The translations under genes and the position numbers were made by a program. From Schmidtea polychroa (taxonomy: Eukaryota), in NCBI GenBank assembly GCA_044892525.1, contig CM097886.1, forward strand, positions 107,322,001 through 107,386,000: DNA of 64,000 nt. Reading direction: 5' to 3'. Below the pieces are notes generated by a model. The model had not been told where the DNA came from. It searched no databases and saw only the letters and a program-made list of their open reading frames with translations. Each line of letters begins with the position of its first letter. Position 1 is the first letter of the stretch. Positions 21,101 through 25,183 of the stretch are shown here, piece after piece.

Positions 21101-21996
21101 GAGATGTGACCTGGCTGACCGCAGTTAAAGCATCCTCTCAACTGGCATATATTTTCCGTGTGTCCTCGTCGTCCGCATCTATTACAATTTGCGTTTCGGT
21201 AACAATTTCTATCCCAATGTCCTGGTTTACCGCATGTTCGGCATTGTTTGTTATCGTTCGTATTTCGTCGATTATTAAAATTATTTCCATTGTTCGAGTT
21301 GTTGCGTTCACTGTTATTCCCGTTTGATCGTCCTTGCGGTGGTTTGAAAATTTGATGCGCACCTGGTATAAACTGATTCATCTTCGGTTCATGATTGTTG
21401 TTATCTCCATTTTCCGTTTTCACCGTTGCTGATGCGATTCTTCCCTCCTCCTGCATGACATTCATTTGTGCCGGGAGGTGTAGTTCGCATCTTGTGGCCC
21501 AATCTATGGCCTCTTCTAGTGTTTTACACATCTGACATCCCACCGAGGCTCTTACCTCTTCCCGGCGTAGTCCTTCTATGAAGTAACCAATTAGATTTTC
21601 CTCCGGCAAGTTTCCGTTCATGGCCTTCTTTGCCAATCTTCGCAATTCGCTCGCGTATAACGTTATTGATTCATTGGCTCTTTGTTTTCTACTCGCTAAT
21701 TCTCCTAGGGCTTGATTTATTGGTTTGCTGGCCCCGAATGTTTTCCTCAAAAATGTTTTGATGCTTTCCCAATTGTCTAATTTCGTATTCCTCTCTTTTG
21801 CTTCTAGGTATACTTCGAGTGCGCTATCGCACAAAAACAGAGGCATTCGTTTACTAATTGCTTCCGCTGTCCATCCGCACACATCGATATAGACTTCAAA
21901 ATTTGTTATGAACGTTGCCAACTTGTTCGCATTCCCGTTAAACGGTTCGCCTCTAAATTTTTCTTTATACTCGTCGGTTTTTACCACATTCATCAT
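8122..21996 (-). CDS. 4,624-aa Gag-UBL-Bcl2-Env-PR-RT-RH-IN-ANK-TM polyprotein, copy 1
   Basis: Single uninterrupted ORF ending in TAG. Motifs: CCHC x3, DTG, YIDD, TDAS, HHCC/DDE integrase, ankyrin TPLH-type repeats. Confidence 0.97.
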   Translation of the reverse strand: MMNVVKTDEYKEKFRGEPFNGNANKLATFITNFEVYIDVCGWTAEAISKRMPLFLCDSALEVYLEAKERNTKLDNWESIKTFLRKTFGASKPINQALGELASRKQRANESITLYASELRRLAKKAMNGNLPEENLIGYFIEGLRREEVRASVGCQMCKTLEEAIDWATRCELHLPAQMNVMQEEGRIASATVKTENGDNNNHEPKMNQFIPGAHQIFKPPQGRSNGNNSERNNSNNGNNFNNRRNTNDNKQCRTCGKPGHWDRNCYRNANCNRCGRRGHTENICQLRGCFNCGQPGHISRDCRERSQQQQPPQRNNNYAPNPQRQSNPSEGKQMNVMQEISQMKQMMQQMMRPRQEPVAQQTQNIRMMRSTENLNNYEVQQHAQEWQRLQAEEERIKRERIQQRQEQPLRINMMRMVKEIKEQYCYNYGKNPRVVPMIEPEKPKETVTEDKKENPTTPLKGNQRIQKIFWKKIKDKIEREHEKTKTEAEAINDGNEKQTSHLTHEMVQELESEELTIFENKKLKKVSRMRNLRINMMRTTKKVLSTDDEEDYVSSLGGEILQLNENIEQLKKKIGEDEEKSESDVASESEDENIEMKLRKEKEEAIKQVKEILPVVVRNQDFIDIIPYRRFIQKIMKLERNEKDLIPSEEKAIIKKYMEKMKQAETTRYVIKIGTSKGLERIWIKNTVTDDLFDWIREHLGNSRKKEYLYQYQGEQIKPDMHLIDALIWPGETQILKLHKEKQPANVHEWAKDAKAEYDFNIKLKLEQIKQCTLRRNLDKLIKQIQEQVEDNWDLLIAKRTPTMHELMSRLRDTELLRMSDWRTINLIHKYGRLKETQPQKLEITIWLPNEEKRRIKMSNQSTVDDLVTKINQEITEKVRSESSDGMIDDVVMMYDKIILRAEDDTSLSEMGMWDNHQIIKILPMDEFRTRDVTYQKEIRDRMKTLYQKSVEIIEIHQQWLKEKELQGKIKKLSTRSCRRTPWERMWNAENKEWEIRKGIFVETDIGETESESEEEEDEPPKYEEDEIESISDDESETDVTSESETETRHIHAMRKKEREYADMDSEEAMEAREREEKERYKQLGDILATGAKNQKRQVIALANIILKTSENIHNLREMAKAIEEYRQYNEWYPEQLEQIIRKWRNQEWAQDTQERYRIRVKYPDQSIEDTEVHPTTKIRELKKKLAYETPFHLQLFGKSLDDNADVGITPMRLGEINVLTMAETLGKPIKRKSKSSKPTKGSLSTPSPNKVASKSNETEEIEEIILEDSDEGAGERSQILVRWPTGAEIWTTSQPSTSYQQPNKLSIEEIIDNTTETETDEQFQRQKGPTKATPEGQTDKIIDEWNEWLRNNDSSLPRTDNERNPSYETTRETGTMMEKRAKGRPRKQGEKPEFKTREQLKQEQGQVRLEKLDKIVWDLKEAQPTIERGEKWIRELVKDMLIITNPQLRRLWQRKVASVDARQLWNTISGIIPKLIKEKTKTTKTDWEETRRVIEQLTLNANDDEHHLVVLTYLMYNLMGLAARKIPNKQFANHVEMTVTIIENTIEPHIIRAGGWKRLIQAPRKNDQERSMQIRLKKLLNELEWELPLKDPASRKASINSLMMTMMIWMLCTSGAAGFTIYDCDNSIIGERYSLRDIEECRQASPNKLDIVKKKVSYHVYQESDFIRTQARECVVSKKVLAYYCGQYSYSTLILPGLDKEIVPIQREDCKELFRTGAMRIRDGVTIHGQSGMIKTESIYVAGRVKSTDGSCNGGTYTIRGEVISGVVVIESYTVELKEYEAQFDANNYQMKTNPACRATENVCRTGISTIIYEANTQKCRLQLLKSALFNEVKGEIYENEDDDEENGNVRMRNGKPVPPSPKEKRLTTQKTPTALITDDPDIGMRFIREKETTKCDSIVYRTNYAGIYMSRQVIDRAVGKVSTEDVKLYLYANNKMDFLFHRGQTTMQKVYYDLIQNDCSLNKEILKTKLAIAITHPDNTMPSLPLPDGHFGRMVGEVMYTYACTKTFARLPRKPTIPPGKCANELEISYKGQNRFVQPVTRIMNPIGFYPNTFNCSNAYGPLYEKPDGKWIMLPVKTEVQEPKKFGLIELATEQDFKPIDVSKAGMYSAEDLETARLNVLFPARRESILSNMVTITGGTNFQSGPNYELLLSPDHFQQATSNMMKAMWGRFLVFGQMMAGILGIILIIQIVRVILTQMLACFDIYKREKKVNWKLIVGFLPFLAKTMVLHGHSKDIHRIKRLIKILTKIKGTDEEVGRRFRKTMYDEATRTQLKKNKPKFLDRFRNRSNSSDSDDDDNGNDKYPYPSRNPNEKPIETAPYWEKEKTNTWIANGSYIPPDIVGQQTALTMTQNMYPQLPSQPGMNYMPTRRTKSVDQADDVRTIAVMSSPGGAAVTVMIQINGKETSAMIDTGANVSAIAINQIPSKCWKDIEQTTIHIIACSKETVDVVGRWWTTLRYQDNEIETYLAVIPKLSEPCIIGTDLMPELFKEVVIDLTTMCLKDKMGRICKMNAIIRFPEKIIVPAKSQMICQIKVDAGMEGEAIFEPSKSFEKRRELPLAREIITINDEGEIPINITNFEEEDKIIYENERLGRLTPMIDIELPKITNETTKADELWTIDSTLLTEKEKERLQQLLIEYKDIFAISDLDLGACDVTLHAIPLIDETPIALRPYKLAEKQKEIAEAEVQKMLDAQVIEPSCSPWQFPVVMVKKKDGTQRFCIDYRKLNAVTKRDTYPLPDINEMLLMLQGAAYFTSLDLKSGYWQIKVKEEDKEKTAFTLGRDLYQFRKMPFGLTNAPASFQRCMNFVTHGIKQCMVYIDDLLIYSATFEQHLEDIRNVFVRLRQWKLKLKPSKCDWAKEKVTFLGHIVSAKGKEPDPRNIEKIKTCPAPKTVTQVQEFLGLCGYYRKFIKNYAGIAKPIQELVKKDISFIWGAEQQKAFETLRDKLIEAPILVHPDFKKPFLLATDASGYAAGAILGQLDEEGKERVIGYYSRTFKKHEKNYSVTEREALAIIQAIKHFRYLLWGHEICITTDHQPLVWLGQHKEASSRLMRWAMQLQEYSPFIKFKAGRANANADCMSRFIFPDLVDHEMQRICLMVAEDLDFCQLRKDQQEDTELKQIIEYVKTGKAEVYEKDQKLKEHMDKHRHRYIIEKDWLLIMDGEKRLMCIPENRRKDLLTQYHDGRLGGHMSSKKTLARMKQKYFWPTLTEDVTEWVKNCITCATRKNTGTKWKAPLKPMPVPAEPMTMISMDVVGPLPESDRGNIYILVITDYLTKFPEAFAMTDQKAKTIAKILVEEICCRYGTPKQILTDQGTNFMSEIMSEVTNYFKIAKLRTSPYHPQTNGMTERFNGTLIQMLSNYVDRHQRDWDEYIKLCLMAYRMSIHASTKMSPFKLMYGRECNMPMDLEYQPPISQYMEIDDYVTKFKERMQEIWETAGLNIKFYQESYKDLHDRKKNVKQHTFQTGDWVMIETPELIPGTTKKLQRNGKGPYEILFVGETNVRVRLVNNPFTRPIYVNVARCKPIPKTATSQPEGRTLTTRSQTYRINVLQQINEPTGNRLGLQPSEAEKIIKEVKAKMPGWAKDRLDFEILGGLLTMIENYANRERTHPLLRVVKSQWPILFTITDHYGDTPLHKLLKVGNNEQILETIEAFRDCNISTDQENNQGYTPLMIAANRDKAKDINIALLETGSKITTQDHNQKNALHHAIEGKSTKAFIILVDLLSYEDNREIGNMYDGLLTAIKEKLITIAGLLIAWRNPIKNDYMVDINETFTKGENTLMREAMRGHHLFEIPNQLLQRGIKFSNHKDEQLIRKRITNFEKAISQFTDKVQEKFWETVSVLYMMETMNDIRENYLSIIQVLTAEERINSSNQKRIKTKKITARESEKRVNQIISDIATTSKPKIINSDQEIVVRKAKEVFVEERQDLSDEAILAKITKTVHTYARDQTTNLDIGKIKTFIPLAFTLPTKDSRTPLQQAILAAKENRAITIIRILRDFGEESNAKNEQGETAMMYAAITKIHPKTLHILHQSGSSLDEISNEGNSTMDWATIQPNLEMIRFICKNATRTEVENICKNTSQFQWNTIRKNLEAMKLLLTWKLPQSNKYAININEFYENGENAMVKNTLTKGGTPKIITIVLNREDLKFTQNLNEQKRIGKHRRIQLRELVKEWNRKRHAATGRKEFEFEAKLARNRVLTAYRRLLNDINVEDDILNDSGGDKDDKDDDNNEKGRNGNKEKEKSEENNQENNDASRKKEENNPGNRMKQEEKTNSGKQRVCLLFTNKEVETNMMIMILVLTMVEMITAQGGMRTIKEAKETENKDNKEEELKQEKKKQVQEQQWDLKEEWDLKERCILGRCMSRAYQRLVLKNEDAEPITEVGIQEAYQHRNGKKITKVKWKEVHLSKGGEIVITQLQPRKEHKVCISRLGPGENCLQYVTQQQPPKEYTVCILRNGPERECRRYPGKRGKKRKINDEKDEQGKRKKTGEKYQDNYVSEEEMEKIQRMAKEGMNEEIARIRGMIKGNGKDGNLKSTEAISTIMNKEKAEIISVKQMMWISGIIITGAFLIITGGTIKIIKDRRHRGELEMARIRNFQHRVKRPSNIKQEQWVEAWNAQRPPSSRI
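9560..11170 (-). other. Two ankyrin-repeat modules after integrase (~10590-11170 and ~9560-10090)
   Basis: GDTPLHKLL, GYTPLMIAA, KNALHHAI, SRTPLQQAI, GETAMMYAA, GNSTMDWA. Confidence 0.85.
11415..12460 (-). other. DDE integrase with HHCC zinc domain and GPY/F motif; no chromodomain seen
   Basis: H...GH...CITC; DVVGPLP; TDQGTNF; PYHPQTNGMTERFN; GKGPYEI. Confidence 0.96.
12750..14030 (-). other. pol: Reverse transcriptase and RNase H
   Basis: YIDD at 13531-13542; LDLKSGYWQI; FLGH; RNase H LATDASG, EREALAI, TDHQPL, NANADCMSR. Confidence 0.97.
14480..14810 (-). other. Aspartic protease
   Basis: VMIQING...AMIDTGANVS (DTG at 14752-14760) and CIIGTDLM. Confidence 0.93.
15300..17200 (-). other. env: Envelope glycoprotein, chuvirus-glycoprotein-like (class III-type), with internal signal peptide and C-terminal TM anchor
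   Basis: Signal SLMMTMMIWMLCTSGAAG then FTIYDC...YSLRDIEEC; YYCG; AGRV..DGSC.GG; YANNKMDFL; GEVMYTYAC; CANELEI...F.QP.TR; GMYS.EDL...VLFP; TM FLVFGQMMAGILGIILIIQIV. This Cys/motif order is what I recognise from chuvirus-like glycoproteins. Confidence 0.8.
17311..17775 (-). other. Bcl-2-like domain within the polyprotein
   Basis: ENTIEPHIIRAGGWKRLI matches BH2 (Bcl-xL NDHLEPWIQENGGWDTFV). Helix spacing upstream fits alpha4-alpha6. The BH1 NWGR motif is degenerate. Confidence 0.7.
18334..19998 (-). other. Three ubiquitin/SUMO-like beta-grasp domains (~19785-19998, ~19228-19476, ~18334-18531)
   Basis: YQYQGEQIKPDMHLIDALIWPGETQI (SUMO-like); LEITIWLPNEEKRRIKMSNQSTVDDLVTKI...DDTSLSEMGM; YRIRVKYPDQSIEDTEVHPTTKIRELKKKL...LQLFGKSLDD (ubiquitin-like). 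Matched by eye to ubiquitin/SUMO patterns. Confidence 0.6.
21091..21996 (-). other. gag: Gag capsid plus three CCHC zinc knuckles (copy 2 = +26412)
   Basis: Capsid-like FNG...FITNFE...W...L...A...W..IK..L...F; knuckles CRTCGKPGHWDRNC, CNRCGRRGHTENIC, CFNCGQPGHISRDC at 21091-21243. Confidence 0.93.
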
Positions 21997-23265
21997 GACT
22001 GGTTCTTGTAACTCTATTGTTTCTTTTAAATTTTCCAGCGGTGTCGCTAAATTATGGACGGATAATTCTTCGGTTGACCCGGTTAGGTTGTTTGTTATAT
22101 CGGATAGGCTTTCTCTGCTTCTAGATCGACTAGGGGTGTATCCGAGGTTTTCTTGGTCAAATGTTGGTACTTGATTTGTTCTTTTTGCTCCTTGTGATCT
22201 TCCTCTTTGCTGTTTTATGGATCGTCCTCTTCTGAGCTGTTCTAGTTCGTCTCCTGAAATTAATACGTCTCTTGACTTACTTGAGGATCTGAGATTTAGT
22301 TTCTCCGTGATTTCTTCTTACGCCTCTTTATCGTCTCTTATGGATTTCTCGGCAATTATCGGCTGCTGACTTGAGCGAATTCGGTTTTGTCGGTGTTCCG
22401 AGTCCTTGGCAATTGGTTGTTAGCGTTATGAGACGTCTTCCGTTCTTGGAATCTTCGGGTTGTGTTACTCCTACTGAGCGGGTTCTGGATTGGTTATTTC
22501 TAGTTGGTCGTTGATTTCTTCGAATTCCTTTGTGCAGGTTCTGGATTGGCTTGATTGACTGGATTGGTTTGGTATCTAAAATGAAAAAATGATCTCGTGT
22601 TGCATCTGCTCACACGACTTCATCATTCTTTCTTCAACATTCAAACACAGACACCGTTTAGGGCCTCTGTTATGCTTCTCTTTATTTCCCCATACAATTT
22701 CTCGTGGATTATAGTTACCCATCAACCCATAATTTTCGTCGATTTTAAATTATCTATTTAGGGTAGTAATAATTATCTATATGGTCGTATGAATTATCTA
22801 TAATTATCATTTATAATATCGATAGGTCGTTGTCAGTTACTGCTTATCACCCCCCATATTCTCTTAATCCTTTTACGCGGTTCCGCTATTTTACTTAGTC
22901 TTCCGTCTCTGTTCCCTTTTACTCGGTTCTACTCTGAACCAAAAAAAAAATCAGATTCGTTTATCCAGTTTAAACCAAAAATTCTGTAGACTTTTGTCTA
23001 CTTACTTGGGATCCCCTTTAATTAATTAATTATCTTCCTTTTTACTCGTCATTTATTCCCACTTATTCTCTACTTTTACTATCTCCTCAATTCATTTTCC
23101 TTTTCTGATTCTCCTTTTCTACTAAAAGGGTTTTACTTTCATCTTCTACGAGCTCGTTTAATCCTTTCTAAATTCGACTTCTCGTATCCCAATTCAATTC
23201 GTTTCTAGCTAGCTTAATATTCTATCTCATTATCAACTTAAATATTATCCAATCATTTTCTAGGC

Positions 23266-23700
23266 CTTTACGACTGGCTGGCACTTTTCAACAGCTCAAT
23301 CTTCTTCCTTCTGACCGGTTGGACTATTCGACAACTCGATCTTACGACTGGCTGGCACTATTCAACAGCTCAATCTTCTTCCTTCTGACCGGTTGGACTA
23401 TTCGACAACTCGATCTTACGACTGGCTGGCACTATTCAACAGCTCAATCTTCTTCCTTCTGACCGGTTGGACTATTCGACAACTCGATCTTACGACTGGC
23501 TGGCACTATTCAACAGCTCAATCTTCTTCCTCTCCAAACTGGCTGGACTTTTCACAGCTCAGTTTTTAATTTTTTTTTCCTGACCGGCTGGACTTCTCGA
23601 CAGCTCGGCCTTAATATCTCCCGACTGGCTGGACTTTTCACAGCTCAGTTTCAATTTCCCTGGCCGGCGGGACTATTCAATAGCTCGGCCTTAACATCTT
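23266..23700. repeat. Tandem repeat in the 5' leader: 74-bp unit of two related ~37-bp halves, then degenerate monomers
   Basis: CGACTGGCTG recurs at 23271, 23345, 23419 and 23493; (GA)CYGGYTGG-C/A-CTWTTC-ACAGCTC monomers continue to ~23695. Confidence 0.92.
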
Positions 23701-24271
23701 CGACTCTGCATGCTTCTATCTTTTCTTTACCTTTATTCTAGACTGTCATCTCTCCTTTTATTTTTACTTTTTATTTGTCGATCTAATCTGTGCCGCTTGA
23801 GAATGTTTCCCCTTTCCCCCCTTGCTCAAAACGCAAAACGATCGCATTGATCCATTTCTACATTGGTATGGTGATCAGTCATACCGCAGAAACTTTTCAA
23901 TATTCGCGATGGTACCTCGCCTTACATCTCTTACTCGGGGTGATCGGTTATCCCTTCCCAACCGGTTTTCGTGTATCGTACCTCCCGAAGGTGGCTCGGT
24001 TTATTCCCCCTTTAATCCTATGTTGGGACTAGCTCCACTTTATTTATTTGTTCAAATTAAATTTATAGATGTTCTCTCTCTATGATGAAAATTATCATAA
24101 AGTTACTGAATTCACAATAAAATGAACACGCAAAACATTCTATTCATTAGTTGGCTTAAATCACATGCAATATACAAATTTACTAGAAAATTGTTGATAC
24201 ATCAATTAAACATAAAGGATTTAGTCAAATCGTCAATCAGATCAATTCTTTCACCGAGTGCTGCTCGCGTG

Positions 24272-24751
24272 TTAACTGAAGTAAATCGTGTGCTTCTCCT
24301 TTATTGCACATACACATAAAGAACAATCCGTTAAACTGACAGCGCATTCGTCGCAATGGCTAAGGTGTCCACAAGGTAGCATTAGAATTCTGGCAGGTCG
24401 CGTCTTACAAATGTTACAAGTTCTCAAGGCCGCTGCTTTTTCTATTATCGAGGTTCGTATTCTCTGAGATAGAGTTTTTACTTGTTCGCGTATTCTCACC
24501 TATTCGAGGTTCAGAGCGGGGTCGTCGAGTCGTTGCTGCATCCATTGGTAATGGACAGACAAGTCGGTGTCGGTATTTGTTGACCCCAATCTGTCGGTTA
24601 GAAAGTTTTGTTTGGATATCAGCGGTGCGTTGTGGCGTTGTTGCTCTAGGGTGTCTATTTGTTGCAGTTTTTCTCTTAACGTCTTTATGGAATCGTTTTC
24701 TATGTCGACGAACCGGCTTAGTCGTTGTAGGTGTTGTCGGGCTCCTGACAT
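24272..24751 (-). pseudogene. Coiled-coil plus IAP-type C-terminal RING gene in the 5' leader, with an in-frame TAG at 24500-24502
   Basis: Track ORFs 24500-24751 and 24272-24499 are in one frame (PALNLE*VRIREQ). CNICKTRPARILMLPCGHLSHCDECAVSLTDCSLCVCAIKEKHTIYFS follows the XIAP/IAP-type RING pattern. No BIR domain seen. Confidence 0.8.
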
Positions 24752-25158
24752 ATCTAAATAAGTATGTTGTCATTACTCGGTCTCACTTACAAAAATAAAA
24801 ATAATATTATCGTGTTATAATCAATGTTCGTTTGGCTTTGTTCGCCATTGTTTCTAGTTTATGTATTTTATTCAATCTTTAATAATTCTTTTTAATTTAA
24901 TTCATTTAAAATTAAACAAAATTAGTCAATTCCCATTTTCTCTTCCCTTCATATTCAATCGCATTCATTCAAACTTATTTAGGTTCGTTTTTGTTCATAG
25001 CATGTTCTATTTTACGCAAAGACAGTTCGCATCATCATCTTAATACACTATTATATCGATTCATTTCAGTCCCGATTCCCTTTTTTATTATAATTAATTA
25101 AATTGTTAGTCTAACACATCGTAATGCAGTAATAGGCAATCAAACAATTCGAAATCAG

Positions 25159-25176
25159 ATCCCGGCTGAGCCCCCA
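25159..25176 (-). promoter_or_regulatory. Primer-binding site complementary to the 3' end of tRNA-Pro
   Basis: Minus strand TGGGGGCTCAGCCGGGAT. The plus strand ATCCCGGCTGAGCCCCCA resembles the eukaryotic tRNA-Pro 3' end (ATCCCGGACGAGCCC-CCA type). It lies 7 nt inside the LTR end. Confidence 0.85.
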
Positions 25177-25183
25177 AAAATCA

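Noticed and set aside
8261-22174. Many 60-130 aa plus-strand ORFs opposite the polyprotein and accessory genes
   Set aside because: Antisense shadows of A-rich coding sequence, with no motifs.
23266-23700. CRISPR-like look of the leader repeat
   Set aside because: The units are contiguous with no unique spacers, the context is eukaryotic, and no cas genes are present.
25159-25176. tRNA gene
   Set aside because: Only 18 nt match a tRNA 3' end, including CCA; this is a PBS.
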